From a candidate division WOR-3 bacterium (GTDB lineage Bacteria > Hydrothermota > 32-111), in NCBI GenBank assembly GCA_039804105.1, contig JBDRZU010000001.1, positions 1,248,001-1,312,000 on the forward strand: a DNA stretch of 64,000 bases. Direction: 5' to 3'. The notes beneath the pieces were generated by a model. That model had not been told where the DNA came from. It did not search any database and saw only the letters and a program-made list of their open reading frames with translations. Below, one piece after another: positions 1-11,298 of the stretch. Each line of letters begins with the position of its first letter. The stretch's first letter is position 1. Both the position numbers and the translations under genes were made by a program.

Positions 1-11
1 TTGCAGATCTG

Positions 12-836
12 ATGCTTTTGTTTACAACTTTGATGTGGGGCTTAACTTTTGTTACAGTAAAAGATGGGACAAAATATTCCTCTTTTTCGGTTTTTATCTT
101 TGTAAGATTTTTTGTATCATCTATTCTTATTTTTCCCTTTACAATCAAAAAATTAAAATCTTTAAGTTCTAAAAATATTTTTGATGGATTTGTTCTTGGC
201 GTTTTTGTTTTCCTTGGTTTTTTACTTCAAACTGCAGGTCTTAAATACACAACACCTTCAAGATCAGCATTCATTACTGGGTTATCCGTTATTATAGTCC
301 CATTTCTTTCATTTTTCTTTTTTAAGAAAAAAGTTTCGCTTACAATTTTTTTCGCTCTGTTATTATCAGTTACAGGACTTCTTTTCATGTTTAATCCTTC
401 TTTTTCAACAGGAATCAACAGAGGAGATGTTTATACATTTTTCTGTGCTTTTGTTTTCGCTTTTGTTATAATATTTGTTCAAATATTCAACAAAAGGAAT
501 GACAGTTTTTTACTTGTTTTTATACAATTTCTGACGGTTTCGTTTTTTTCTTTGATTTTTATATTTCTTGACGATTTTTATATTTCTTTTAATAAAAATT
601 TTTTTGTTGGTATGTTTTATACTTCAGTATTCGCAACATTTCTTGCACTCTTGATACAAAATAGATTTCAAAAGGATACAGATGAAATAAGAGCAGGGAT
701 AATCTATACACTTGAACCTGTTTTTGCTTCAATTTTTTCATATTTTATATTCAAAGAGCACTTTACAATAGGATTTTTAATCGGGAGTTTCTTGATTTTT
801 TCTGGATTTTTGATTTCAAAAATTTTTGTCAAATAA
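12..836 (+). CDS. EamA/DMT family transporter (probably 5'-truncated by window edge)
   Basis: ~10 hydrophobic helices; WG..F near N-terminus, GLKYTTPSRSAFITGL and LEPVFA motifs; frame is open upstream of position 12. Confidence 0.85.
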   Translation: MLLFTTLMWGLTFVTVKDGTKYSSFSVFIFVRFFVSSILIFPFTIKKLKSLSSKNIFDGFVLGVFVFLGFLLQTAGLKYTTPSRSAFITGLSVIIVPFLSFFFFKKKVSLTIFFALLLSVTGLLFMFNPSFSTGINRGDVYTFFCAFVFAFVIIFVQIFNKRNDSFLLVFIQFLTVSFFSLIFIFLDDFYISFNKNFFVGMFYTSVFATFLALLIQNRFQKDTDEIRAGIIYTLEPVFASIFSYFIFKEHFTIGFLIGSFLIFSGFLISKIFVK

Positions 837-909
837 TTGCCAGCTTATTGATTTTTACAAAAAATAATATACAATAAATAAGTTTTAATAATTTTTAGGA
901 GGTTTTTAA

Positions 910-2022
910 ATGGTGAAAGTTCCTTTTCTTGATCTTAAAATTCAATATCATTCGATAAAGAATGAAGTTGACAAAAAACTTGTTGAAGTTTGTGAAAACA
1001 CCGCTTTTTCTATGGGTCCTTTTGTTGAAGAGTTTGAAAAAAACTTTGCTGAATATTTAGGTGTAAAACATTTTGTTGCCACAAGTACGGGAACGAGTGC
1101 TCTACATTCTGCACTTCTGGCTTTTGGAATAGGTAATGGTGATGAGGTTCTTGTTCCAGTTAACACTTTCACAGCGACAGCTGAAGCGGTTGTTATGGTT
1201 GGTGCAAAACCTGTTTTTGTTGACAACGATCCTTTGACATACAATATGGATATATCAAAAATAGAAAAACTTATAACCCATAAGACAAGAGCAATAATTC
1301 CTGTTCATCTTTATGGTCAACCGATAGATATGGAAAAGATAGTTGAAATCGCATCTAAACACAATCTTATCGTAATTGAAGATTGTGCACAGGCACATGG
1401 AGCAAAATTTAAGGGAAAAATGGTTGGAACTTTTGGACATGCTGCATGTTTTTCTTTTTACCCTGGAAAAAATCTTGGATCCTATGGTGAAGGTGGAGGA
1501 GTAGCAACAAATTCAGATGAGGTTGCTGAAAAGATAGATAAAATCAGAAACCATGGATCGAAGATAAAATATGTGCATGAATTTGTTGGATATAACTACC
1601 ATATGCATGGTTTTCAGGGTGCTGTTTTAACTATCAAATTGAAATACCTTGATGGCTGGAACAAAAAAAGAAGGGAGATTGCGGAGAAATATACTCAAAA
1701 ACTTAAAGAGATAAAAGATCTTGCATTGCCCTATGTTCAAAAGGAATGTGAACATGTTTTTCATCTTTATGTTATAAGAACAAGTTATAGAGAAGAATTG
1801 AAACAGTTTTTGAACGATAATGGAGTTGGAACAAATATACATTATCCATATCCATTACATCTTCAGGAATCATACAAGTTTCTCGGATACAAACAGGGAG
1901 ATTTTCCTGTTGCTGAAGATTATGCACCGAAACTTCTTTCTTTGCCAATGTTCCCCGAGATGACGGATGAACAGATCGATTATGTGGTTGAAAAGATAAA
2001 AGAATTTTACAGAGGAAAATAG
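910..2022 (+). CDS. DegT/DnrJ/EryC1/StrS family PLP-dependent sugar aminotransferase
   Basis: GTSALH, PVHLYGQ, EDCAQAHG and FSFYPGKNLG motifs; SD AGGAGG. Confidence 0.95.
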   Translation: MVKVPFLDLKIQYHSIKNEVDKKLVEVCENTAFSMGPFVEEFEKNFAEYLGVKHFVATSTGTSALHSALLAFGIGNGDEVLVPVNTFTATAEAVVMVGAKPVFVDNDPLTYNMDISKIEKLITHKTRAIIPVHLYGQPIDMEKIVEIASKHNLIVIEDCAQAHGAKFKGKMVGTFGHAACFSFYPGKNLGSYGEGGGVATNSDEVAEKIDKIRNHGSKIKYVHEFVGYNYHMHGFQGAVLTIKLKYLDGWNKKRREIAEKYTQKLKEIKDLALPYVQKECEHVFHLYVIRTSYREELKQFLNDNGVGTNIHYPYPLHLQESYKFLGYKQGDFPVAEDYAPKLLSLPMFPEMTDEQIDYVVEKIKEFYRGK

Positions 2023-3012
2023 ATGAAAACAGTTGCTGTGGTTGGTTATGGTTATTGGGGACCGAATCTTTTGAGAGTTCTCGATTCTTTAAAAAAGACG
2101 AAAGTAAAGTATGTCTGTGATCTGAATGAAAGAAGGTTACATGAAGCAAAAGAGAAATATCCAAACTATATCTATACAACGAATGTTGAAAACATATTTA
2201 ACGATAAAGAAGTCGATGGAATAATAATAGCAACTCCAATAGAATCACATTATACTCTTGCAAAAAAAGGTTTTGAGAGCGGAAAAGATGTTTTTGTTGA
2301 AAAACCTCTCACAGGTTCTTCAAAAGAATCTCTTGAACTGGTGGAGTTGAGTAAAAAACATGGAAAGATTCTGATGGTTGGACATACGTTCGTATATTCT
2401 CCGCCAGTAAGAAAGATGAAAAGTTTGATCGATTCTGGAGAGCTTGGAGAAATATATTTTATGACAAGTTCAAGAGTCAACCTTGGGTTACACAGAAAAT
2501 CGATTTCAGTTGTTTGGGATCTTGCACCACACGATCTTTCGATAATCTTTTATTGTCTTGGAGAGTTTCCAACATTTATCGATGCTATAGGTAGAGATTC
2601 GATAATAAAAGGAATTCCCGATGTATCCTTCATAAATTTAAAGTTTCCTTCAAACATAGTTGCCAATATTGAACTATCATGGCTTGCTCCAACAAAGATG
2701 AGAAGGACAGTTGTTGTTGGTTCAAAAAAGATGCTTGTTTACGATGATGGTGAACCAAATGAAAAAGTGAGAGTTTACGATAAAGGTATAGAGATAAAAG
2801 AGCCAGAATCGTTTGGAGAGTATCAATTGACATATAGAACAGGTGATATGTATGTTCCAAGGATTGAGAATGTTGAACCGTTGAAACTGGAAATGGAAGA
2901 GTTCATCGATTGTATGGAAACAAGAAACAAACCTCTTTCCGATGGAGAGTTTGGTTTGAAGATTGTCGAAACCATAGAAAAGGCGGATAAGATTCTTTAT
3001 GAATCTCTATGA
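2023..3012 (+). CDS. Gfo/Idh/MocA family NAD-dependent oxidoreductase
   Basis: GYGYWG Rossmann motif, VEKPL, WDLAPHD. Confidence 0.92.
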   Translation: MKTVAVVGYGYWGPNLLRVLDSLKKTKVKYVCDLNERRLHEAKEKYPNYIYTTNVENIFNDKEVDGIIIATPIESHYTLAKKGFESGKDVFVEKPLTGSSKESLELVELSKKHGKILMVGHTFVYSPPVRKMKSLIDSGELGEIYFMTSSRVNLGLHRKSISVVWDLAPHDLSIIFYCLGEFPTFIDAIGRDSIIKGIPDVSFINLKFPSNIVANIELSWLAPTKMRRTVVVGSKKMLVYDDGEPNEKVRVYDKGIEIKEPESFGEYQLTYRTGDMYVPRIENVEPLKLEMEEFIDCMETRNKPLSDGEFGLKIVETIEKADKILYESL

Positions 3013-4409
3013 TAGTGAAAAGTTCAAAGATTGAAAAAACCATAATAATTTTTACAGATATTTTAATAATTCTTCTTTCCTATCTTTTTGCTTTATGGTT
3101 TCGAATGCATTCAGGCCTTTTCCCAAGTTCAACTCCAATAACATTGACTTTTCAACATCTTTTAACTCTGTTTGGAGTCACATTTTTTCAGATTTATATT
3201 TTTTACGAAAAAGGTTTATATTCTGAAAAAAATTTTTTAAGAAGAGTAAAACAGATTCCCATAATAATTCAATCCGCTCTTATAACGATCATTTTTCTAC
3301 TCTTTTTCTCCTACCTTACAAAAGGAAATCCTTTTCTTGAAAGAAGATCTGTTATCGTTGTTGCTTTTATCGTTGAGATTTTTCTTTTGATACTCTTCCG
3401 TCTTGTGATATTCAGAAATTTTTTTCATACACTTTTAAAAAAAGGTATAGGAAGAGAAAATATTTTGATCGTTGGAAACAGAGATATTGCGGAAAGATTA
3501 GAACTCGCTTTATATGATTTTGATAGGTTCAGATTTGTTATAAAAGGAAAAATTTCGGAAAATATCACAGTTGAAAATATCCAGAAAATTCTTGAACAGA
3601 AAGATATAGATACAGTTTTTTTAATCGAAGAAGGTATAGAAAAAAATGTTCTCGTAAATCTTATAGCACTCTGTAAGAATAACAATCTTCAGGTCTTTTT
3701 ACTTTCGAATATGTTTGATCTTGCAGTTTCAAATGTTGATATGACAACATTTGAAGGGATCCCGGTAATTGAGTTGACTCAGAAAAATAAATTTTTCAAT
3801 CTCTTTTTGAAAAGAACCGTTGATATCATAGTTTCATTTTTACTTCTTTTGATTCTTTCGCCTTTATTTCTGATAATCGGTATCATAATTAAGATAGATT
3901 CGGAAGGACCAGTGTTCTTTTTGCAGGAAAGAGTTGGAAAAAATGGTAAAAAATTTAAAATGTTCAAATTCAGAACAATGTATAAAGACAACGATCAAAA
4001 CCTTCATAAAGAGTATGTTACAAAACTCATAAAAGAGGGCAAAAGGGATGACTCTGGATTATATAAGATAAAAAATGATCCAAGGATAACAAAAATTGGA
4101 AAATTTTTAAGAGAGTTTTCACTCGATGAGTTTCCACAGTTGATAAATGTTTTAAAAGGTGATATGTCTCTTGTTGGTCCAAGGCCTCCAATTGAGTATG
4201 AAGTTGAACATTATGATGAATGGCATAAAAGAAGGTTATCCGTAAAACCTGGAATGACAGGTATGTGGCAGGTATCTGGTAGAAACAGAATAGGTTTTGA
4301 AGATATGGTTTTACTTGATATTTACTATGTTGAAAATTTCAATCTCTGGCTTGATATAATTATACTTTTGAAAACTATACCGGCGATCATTAAAAGGGAA
4401 GGGGAATGA
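3009..4409 (+). CDS. Undecaprenyl-phosphate glycosylphosphotransferase (bacterial sugar transferase)
   Basis: N-terminal TMs; KFRTM, DPRITKIG, SLDEFPQLINVLKGDMSLVGPRP motifs. Confidence 0.93.
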   Translation: MIVKSSKIEKTIIIFTDILIILLSYLFALWFRMHSGLFPSSTPITLTFQHLLTLFGVTFFQIYIFYEKGLYSEKNFLRRVKQIPIIIQSALITIIFLLFFSYLTKGNPFLERRSVIVVAFIVEIFLLILFRLVIFRNFFHTLLKKGIGRENILIVGNRDIAERLELALYDFDRFRFVIKGKISENITVENIQKILEQKDIDTVFLIEEGIEKNVLVNLIALCKNNNLQVFLLSNMFDLAVSNVDMTTFEGIPVIELTQKNKFFNLFLKRTVDIIVSFLLLLILSPLFLIIGIIIKIDSEGPVFFLQERVGKNGKKFKMFKFRTMYKDNDQNLHKEYVTKLIKEGKRDDSGLYKIKNDPRITKIGKFLREFSLDEFPQLINVLKGDMSLVGPRPPIEYEVEHYDEWHKRRLSVKPGMTGMWQVSGRNRIGFEDMVLLDIYYVENFNLWLDIIILLKTIPAIIKREGE

Positions 4410-5158
4410 ATCCCATTTTGAGTGTTAAAAATCTGAAAAAAGTTTATGGAAAATTTTTGCTTGATAACATATCTTTTGATATTTTTGAAAAAGAGATGGT
4501 TGGTTTTCTTGGTCCAAATGGATCCGGTAAAACCACCACGATAAAACTTATAATGAACAGTGTTCAAAAGGATGGTGGAGAGATAATCTTTGATGGGAAA
4601 AAAATAGAAAAGGATGATGTTGTTTTTAGAAAAAATATTGGATATATGCCTGAAAGTGGAACTCCTTATGAATTTCTGACTGGAAGGGAGTATATCGATT
4701 TTATTCTTGGAGTATTCAAGGTGAAAAAAGATGAAAATAAAATTGATGAACTTTTTAAAATCTTCAATCTGAAAGAAGAAAAAAAGAAAATAGGAAAATA
4801 TTCGAAAGGAATGAAACAGAAACTCCTCTTCATATCCGCAATAATTCACAATCCAAAACTTTTGATACTCGATGAACCATTCAACGCTGTTGAGCCACAG
4901 ACCGCATTTTTGATGAAAAATATATTGAACAGGTTGAAAAGTGAAGGAACCTCAATACTTTTTTCAACTCATACTCTTGAAATTGTTGAAAAATTGTCCG
5001 ATAAAGTGATTCTTTTGAATGATGGAAGAAAAGTTGGAGAGGGTGAGATCGGGCAGATAAAACAGGAAGGGGGAGTTGAAGAGTTCTTTAACAGGTTGGT
5101 GGATTCTTCTGAAAATGATGATAATTTAAAAAAGATAATCGAAATTATCAAAGAATGA
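4406..5158 (+). CDS. ABC transporter ATP-binding protein
   Basis: GPNGSGKTT, YSKGMKQK, LILDEP. Confidence 0.93.
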   Translation: MNPILSVKNLKKVYGKFLLDNISFDIFEKEMVGFLGPNGSGKTTTIKLIMNSVQKDGGEIIFDGKKIEKDDVVFRKNIGYMPESGTPYEFLTGREYIDFILGVFKVKKDENKIDELFKIFNLKEEKKKIGKYSKGMKQKLLFISAIIHNPKLLILDEPFNAVEPQTAFLMKNILNRLKSEGTSILFSTHTLEIVEKLSDKVILLNDGRKVGEGEIGQIKQEGGVEEFFNRLVDSSENDDNLKKIIEIIKE

Positions 5159-6696
5159 TCAAAACGATAATTCCAGTTGTTTTTAAAGAATATTTTAGAA
5201 CGGATAACACAAAACGAATTTTTCAATTTATATTTTTTATAATAGTTCCAGTACTTCTTTTTCTATCCTTAACTTTAACAAATGCGTCTACATTCTCAAA
5301 TAAGGAAAGTGTTCTTCTTTCAATAGATTTTTTAATAACTATTCTTGTGATCTCTTTTTCTCTTCTCTACTTCTCCGATCCAGAAGATAAAATCTTTGAA
5401 GATTATCCTGTTAACTATTTGCCTGTAAAAAAGTTTTATATCTTCATGGTTATCTTTATTTTTCTTTTTGTTTTTCTGCTGTTAACATTTTATCTAACTT
5501 TTATTTCTGTCTCTTTCCTTTTATCTTTGATCAAAATAAATGGAAACAAAATTTTTTCGTTAACAGATATTCTGTCTTTTCTCTTTCCATCTTTCCTCTC
5601 TTTACCTTTCAACTTATTGTTTTCAATTGTTTTAGGTGGATTTATAGGTCTTATGGTTAAAAAAATATCGGAAGTTTTTGAAGGAAGTTTTAAAAAATTT
5701 ATACTTTTTCTTTCATACTTTCTGATACTTCTTCTTTTTAGAAAATATTTTTCTTTTGTTTATTCTTTCATTCAAAAAAGTGATACTAAAAATTTTTGGT
5801 TTTTATTTTCTGTTATTGGTATTTCTTCAAATATTCTCCTTTTGATTTTGAAACTGAGTAGTTTTTTCCATTCTATTTTTTCGATTCTAATATTTGTTGG
5901 ATTATTTTCTATTTTCAGATTTATATCTTCGAAGGAATTTCTGTTACCTTTTCAAAAAGACATAGAATTTGATCTAAAAACAAGAGGATTCTATAATATT
6001 TCATCAGTTTTTCTCCTTATTTTCAAAAGAACTTTTACATTTTTAACAACGGTATTTTTTTCAAATTGGATCATGTTTCTCATTTTGAGTAGGATCTTTC
6101 CACAGAAGTTATTCTTTATTACATTTTTAACTTTGGTTCTATATATTTATCTTTTTGTCTTTTTTGACAGGATTCTTCCATCGAGAGATGAAAATTACAT
6201 ATCAATACTTGAAACTATTCCTGTTGGATATCAAAAATTTGAAGGAGTGGTTTATTTTTTCTACTATCTGTTTGCTGTTTTTCCAGTTATTTTAACCAGT
6301 GTTGTTTCGCTTTTAAACACAAACTTTTTCTTAAAATTTCATTTTATAAAAACTTTTGACTTCTATCTGTTTTTAATTTTCTTTCCGATCACAATGTCAG
6401 CGGTATTTCCTTTCTATTATTCTTTTTTTCCAAATTTTCTCTCGGAAAACAGAAAAGGTAAAAAACTCACAAAAGGTAGTTTACTTTTTGTTTTTATAAT
6501 CTCTTATTTTTTACTTTCAACAGTTACATCAATTATCTCTGCTTATTATTCATCACCTGAATTGAGAATGTTTGTTAACAATCTTTTCTGGAAAAAAGGT
6601 TATTTTGTTGGAAAAACGATTTTTTATTTTTTGATTTTGTTCTCAACATTTGTTCATTTGAAATCTTTTGTTAAGATTTTAAAATCTTTCAGGTAA
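5155..6696 (+). CDS. Putative ABC transporter permease (multi-pass membrane protein)
   Basis: Highly hydrophobic; overlaps the stop of the ABC ATPase. Confidence 0.6.
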   Translation: MIKTIIPVVFKEYFRTDNTKRIFQFIFFIIVPVLLFLSLTLTNASTFSNKESVLLSIDFLITILVISFSLLYFSDPEDKIFEDYPVNYLPVKKFYIFMVIFIFLFVFLLLTFYLTFISVSFLLSLIKINGNKIFSLTDILSFLFPSFLSLPFNLLFSIVLGGFIGLMVKKISEVFEGSFKKFILFLSYFLILLLFRKYFSFVYSFIQKSDTKNFWFLFSVIGISSNILLLILKLSSFFHSIFSILIFVGLFSIFRFISSKEFLLPFQKDIEFDLKTRGFYNISSVFLLIFKRTFTFLTTVFFSNWIMFLILSRIFPQKLFFITFLTLVLYIYLFVFFDRILPSRDENYISILETIPVGYQKFEGVVYFFYYLFAVFPVILTSVVSLLNTNFFLKFHFIKTFDFYLFLIFFPITMSAVFPFYYSFFPNFLSENRKGKKLTKGSLLFVFIISYFLLSTVTSIISAYYSSPELRMFVNNLFWKKGYFVGKTIFYFLILFSTFVHLKSFVKILKSFR

Positions 6697-6755
6697 TATT
6701 TGATTTTTTTCGTAAATTTCTTATAATCTTATTATCTTAAAAGTAGGAGGAAAAA

Positions 6756-7481
6756 ATGCTTTTAGGTGTTAATATAGATCATGTTGCCACATTAAGGGAA
6801 GCGAGAAAATCTTTTGAGCCAGATATAATGACAGCAGCCATACTTGCACAACTTGGTGGTGCTGATGGAATAACGGTTCATTTGAGACAGGATCGAAGAC
6901 ACATACAGGAAGAGGATATAGTTGTTTTAAAAAGTGGAATCTCTGTTCCCTTAAATGTCGAAATATCTCTTGATGATTCCATAGTAGAATTTATAAGAAC
7001 TATAAGGCCTGAGAAAGTATGTCTTGTGCCTGAAAATCCAGAAGAGATAACAACTGAAGGTGGATTGAATCTTCTTTCAAAAAGTGTTTATGAAAAGACA
7101 AAAAAAGTTGTAAAAAGGTTACATTCAAGAGATATTGAGGTTTCCATATTTATTGAACCTGATTTGAAAATGGTAGATCTTGCAAAAAATATTGGTGCTG
7201 ATGCTGTTGAACTAAATACGAAAGCATACTCAGAATGTGAAAATCTCAAACAGATTGAAAAAGAGTTTGAAAGGTTAGCAGAATGTGCAAACTATGCGGT
7301 TTATGAGAAAAAATTGATAGTGAATGCAGGGCATGGTTTAAATTATGAAAATGTTTCACCAATAGTTGAAATCGAAGAGATAAATGAATTGAATATAGGG
7401 CACTCAATAGTAGCGAAATCAGTTTTTTATGGAATTGAAAAAGCGGTCAAAATGATGAGGGATCTAATTGAAAAAAGATAA
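6756..7481 (+). CDS. pdxJ: Pyridoxine 5'-phosphate synthase
   Basis: LGVNIDHVATLR, TVHLRQDRRHIQ, TTEGGL, NAGHGL, ELNIGHSI. Confidence 0.97.
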   Translation: MLLGVNIDHVATLREARKSFEPDIMTAAILAQLGGADGITVHLRQDRRHIQEEDIVVLKSGISVPLNVEISLDDSIVEFIRTIRPEKVCLVPENPEEITTEGGLNLLSKSVYEKTKKVVKRLHSRDIEVSIFIEPDLKMVDLAKNIGADAVELNTKAYSECENLKQIEKEFERLAECANYAVYEKKLIVNAGHGLNYENVSPIVEIEEINELNIGHSIVAKSVFYGIEKAVKMMRDLIEKR

Positions 7482-8817
7482 ATTTTTCTTTAACTTAATT
7501 TTTCTTTTTTTGTTTTTTTTAATTTCCTGTAAAAAAAATTATCTTGAAAAAGAGATAGAAAAGAAAACAGAAAAACCCCAGGAGAAATATTCATATTTTG
7601 CTGTTACTGAAAAAAATTTTAGAATTTATGATGAAAATTTTAACTTAAAAAAAGATTTTTCTTTTCAAATACCAATAGTTGATTTTTCAGAATTCAAAGA
7701 AAAAGTATATGTGGTGACTCAGGATCAGAAGGTTATTCTTTTTAACAGAAAAACCTTCTCCCAGGATTATCTGTTCTCATTTATTCAAAGTCCTACACTT
7801 TATAAAATATTTTCAACAGAAAGAGGATTTTTTTATATATCGAAAAATAGATTGTTATATAAGGAAAAAAATAAAGAGGAAACGATAATTTCCGTTGATA
7901 CAAATTTTGTAAACATTTTCAAAAATCCATTTCAAAATTTTTTATACCTTGTTGACGAAAAGGGTTTTTTGTATTCGATAGATTCTTCAAAAAGGATTTT
8001 GAAAAGAAGGTTGTTTGTTGGAACCATCCTTGAAATAAAATTTGAAAAATATGGAACACGACTCATCGTTGTTTCCCCGAGGTCAACATTAATACTTGAT
8101 TATGAGACATTGAATATCATAGAAGAGATAAAAGATTATTTCACGAATTGTTTCACTTTTGATAAAAATCCGGAATTTTTCCTCTATTCTTCTGCTGATG
8201 GAAGATTGTTTATGTATAACGGAATAGATTATTCTCCAGAAGAAAAAATCGATGTAAAAGATAAAAATAGTGATATAAAGAGTTTCAACGATTCGATACT
8301 TGTTATACATTCGAAAACAAGAAACACTTTTGATATTTTTATTAAAGGGAAAAGGATCAAAAAATTTCAACTGGACATGGATCAAAAAGTTGAAATGGCT
8401 GATTTGCTTGTTGATAAAAATATTTATCTTGTAAATGATTCTTCCCTTTTAGTTTACAACATGTTTACAGATAGTTTTAAAACCTTTTCTGTTAAAGAAA
8501 AAATAAAAAAACTTGAAGTGATCTCAGAAGATTTTGAAGAAAAGATTGAAGAAAAAAAGAGAACAGAACTTTATACGATCCAGATATATTCTCTTTCAAA
8601 TGAAATTTCAGCAAAGAGTGAGATTGAAAGGTTGAAAGCAAAAAATCCAAAGGATACTGTTTTTGTAAAAGATACAACGATCCTTGATAAAAAGATATAT
8701 AGGGTTTATCTTGGTATCTTCGACAATATGGATGATGCTTCGATAAAAAGGGATGAACTCATAAAAATAGGTTATGGAAGAGATATTGTGATCAAAAAGA
8801 TAAAAGTAAATGATTGA
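7468..8817 (+). CDS. Lipoprotein with C-terminal SPOR-like domain
   Basis: Lipobox LISC; C-terminal YTIQIYS...IYRVYLG pattern; TTG start. Confidence 0.65.
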   Translation: MKKDKFFFNLIFLFLFFLISCKKNYLEKEIEKKTEKPQEKYSYFAVTEKNFRIYDENFNLKKDFSFQIPIVDFSEFKEKVYVVTQDQKVILFNRKTFSQDYLFSFIQSPTLYKIFSTERGFFYISKNRLLYKEKNKEETIISVDTNFVNIFKNPFQNFLYLVDEKGFLYSIDSSKRILKRRLFVGTILEIKFEKYGTRLIVVSPRSTLILDYETLNIIEEIKDYFTNCFTFDKNPEFFLYSSADGRLFMYNGIDYSPEEKIDVKDKNSDIKSFNDSILVIHSKTRNTFDIFIKGKRIKKFQLDMDQKVEMADLLVDKNIYLVNDSSLLVYNMFTDSFKTFSVKEKIKKLEVISEDFEEKIEEKKRTELYTIQIYSLSNEISAKSEIERLKAKNPKDTVFVKDTTILDKKIYRVYLGIFDNMDDASIKRDELIKIGYGRDIVIKKIKVND

Positions 8818-10039
8818 ACCGAAACTTTTCAAAAACCTTTACAACCTTGAACACAGACCTGTTAAAACATACAAATTTGATCTGAAAAATTTCAAAAATT
8901 TTTTAAAAGAGTTTTCTTCCCCTGAAAATAAGATTGGGAAAATAGTTCATGTTGCTGGAACAAATGGAAAAGGAAGTGTTGTAGGGATAATTTCTCAAAT
9001 TTTAATCGAAAGTTCATATAGAGTTGGGATATATACTTCACCACATTTAAAATATGTGAACGAAAGGATCAAGATAAATAACAGGATGATTTCGGATAAA
9101 GATTTTAGAAAATATGAAAAAGTGATATATGAAAAAATTAAAAATAAAGGTAAAGATTATAGAACATTTTTTGAAGCTATAACAACACTTGCTTTTCTCT
9201 ATTTTCAGGAGAAAAAAGTTGACTATTCTGTTATAGAGGTTGGACTTGGGGGAAGGTTGGATTCAACAAATGTGGTTGAAAAATCTATCTCGGTTATTAC
9301 AAAAATTGATTATGATCATACACACCTTTTGGGTGATACTATCGAAAAGATTGCTTATGAGAAAGGTGGAATAATTAAAAAAAATAGTGTTGTTTTTACA
9401 TTTCAACAGAACAAAAGTATTCTTGATGTTTTAAAAAGTATTGCTCATAAAAGAAAAAGTAAACTTATTGTCGTTGATGCGACCGATTATATAAGAAAAA
9501 CCGACGGTTTTGTGTACAAGAACGAATTCTTTAAATTTCAATATCCTTACTCATATCAGATAGAAAACGCGATTCTCTCTTTAAATGTTGCAAAATTTCT
9601 TGGTGTTGATGAAAAGAACATCAAAAAGGGAGTTGAGAATTTTAGAATCGAAGGGAGAGGTGAAATCGTCAGTAAAAATCCTTTTGTTATAGTTGATGGA
9701 AGTCATAATCCTGCGGCTGTTGAAAGAACTCTAAGTGAGTTAAAATATTTGTATCCGGGGAAAAAAATAAATACGATCTCAGTTTTTATGGTTGATAAGG
9801 ATTATAAAAAATCTATAGAGATTTTAAAAAAATATGCTTCAAAAGTTTTTTTAACAGAGATAAAATTTTTTAGATGTGCAAAAATAAAGGATTATGAAAA
9901 CATAGATGGTGTGAATCTTTTTAAAAGACCTGAAGAAGCTTTTGAAAATGCTCTGGAAAAAGATAGTATCATACTTTTTATCGGTTCATTCTATTTGATT
10001 GAGAAAGCAAAAAGGATTTTAAAAAGTTATGGACTCTAA
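8810..10039 (+). CDS. folC: Folylpolyglutamate synthase/dihydrofolate synthase
   Basis: HVAGTNGKGS, YTSPHL, EVGLGGRLDSTN, DGSHNP. Confidence 0.95.
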   Translation: MIEPKLFKNLYNLEHRPVKTYKFDLKNFKNFLKEFSSPENKIGKIVHVAGTNGKGSVVGIISQILIESSYRVGIYTSPHLKYVNERIKINNRMISDKDFRKYEKVIYEKIKNKGKDYRTFFEAITTLAFLYFQEKKVDYSVIEVGLGGRLDSTNVVEKSISVITKIDYDHTHLLGDTIEKIAYEKGGIIKKNSVVFTFQQNKSILDVLKSIAHKRKSKLIVVDATDYIRKTDGFVYKNEFFKFQYPYSYQIENAILSLNVAKFLGVDEKNIKKGVENFRIEGRGEIVSKNPFVIVDGSHNPAAVERTLSELKYLYPGKKINTISVFMVDKDYKKSIEILKKYASKVFLTEIKFFRCAKIKDYENIDGVNLFKRPEEAFENALEKDSIILFIGSFYLIEKAKRILKSYGL

Positions 10040-10256
10040 TTTAAAACTTCTTGTTGAATTAGATAACAAAATTGAGGCAGAGATAGTAAAATCTCTACTT
10101 GAAAGTAATGGAATAAATGTTTTTCTTTCAACGGATGATGCTTATGGATACTATCCATCCTTCGATTTGGAAAGAAAAATAAAACTTTTTGTTTTAGAAA
10201 AGGATTATGATGAGGCAAAAAATATTATCACAAAATATAATGAAACTGAAGAATGA
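10029..10256 (+). CDS. DUF2007-like small protein
   Basis: EAEIVKSLLESNGI...KLFV...DYDEAK pattern. Confidence 0.75.
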   Translation: MDSNLKLLVELDNKIEAEIVKSLLESNGINVFLSTDDAYGYYPSFDLERKIKLFVLEKDYDEAKNIITKYNETEE

Positions 10257-11298
10257 GTTTTTAATTTTTTTGTTTTTATTTTTTTCAGTTTCCTGTTCAA
10301 AAATTCCCAAAGATGATCTTTTTAAAGAATACCTTTATATAAAAACACATAAAGATTTTAAAAATACAACAATAAACGAGAAGATACAAGAGGATATATC
10401 TTTGGTTTTAAAAAATCACAAAGTTCCCTATGGGGTCGTAATAATTTCTGATGCAAGAGATGGAAGAATTCTTGCTATAGATGAATATTCTCAAAGAGGA
10501 TATGATTTTGGAAAATATATAAATAAACCACTCCAGGCCGCATCGATATTTAAAATAGTAACTTTTTTTGCTTCATTGAATTCCAATGTTTATAATAGCA
10601 AAGATACGATCAAGTATTACGATAGAATGTATTCAGAACTAAGAAACTACCTTGCGAAAAGAAAGAGCATAAGAATATATAACAAAACAACAGTCAAAGA
10701 AGCTATGGCGTTTTCAAACAATTCTGCTTTTGCTGAGATATCTTTAAAATTGAAAAAAGAAAGAATAATCGATTCGGCTGAACGATTGTTTTTTACTAAT
10801 GATAAAATAAAGGGAATAAACACCGGATATATTGAAATACCGAAGGATTCGAACTCACTTATAAAACTTGCATCAGGTCTTGACTATTCCTATATGTCAC
10901 CTCTTCATGCTCTTCTAATAATAATGGCTATTGGTAATTCTGGGAAACTTGTTTTGCCCTATATAAACAAAAAAGATGGAAAAAAGACCATAAATGTTAT
11001 GAATAATTATCTTGCAAACGAGATTTTAAATTCATTGTCTTTAACTACAAAAATTGGAACAGCGAGAAAGCAGTTTTCAAAAAATATTGACATTGCATCA
11101 AAAACTTATGCAAAAACTGGCTCGCTTTATGCTAACGATCCAGATGGTTATTATAACTGGTTTGTTGGAATATATGATGGAAGGAAAAGCAGATACGGTA
11201 TAGTAGTTCTTACTGTAAACGATCCTCAGTGGTCTGTTAAAGCCAACTATATAGCGTTTAAGGCGATAGAGTTTATAAGGAAATATGAGGAAAATTGA
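10240..11298 (+). CDS. Penicillin-binding transpeptidase-domain lipoprotein
   Basis: SxxK (ASIFK), SNN, KTG motifs; lipobox if started at ATG 10240. Confidence 0.75.
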   Translation: MKLKNEFLIFLFLFFSVSCSKIPKDDLFKEYLYIKTHKDFKNTTINEKIQEDISLVLKNHKVPYGVVIISDARDGRILAIDEYSQRGYDFGKYINKPLQAASIFKIVTFFASLNSNVYNSKDTIKYYDRMYSELRNYLAKRKSIRIYNKTTVKEAMAFSNNSAFAEISLKLKKERIIDSAERLFFTNDKIKGINTGYIEIPKDSNSLIKLASGLDYSYMSPLHALLIIMAIGNSGKLVLPYINKKDGKKTINVMNNYLANEILNSLSLTTKIGTARKQFSKNIDIASKTYAKTGSLYANDPDGYYNWFVGIYDGRKSRYGIVVLTVNDPQWSVKANYIAFKAIEFIRKYEEN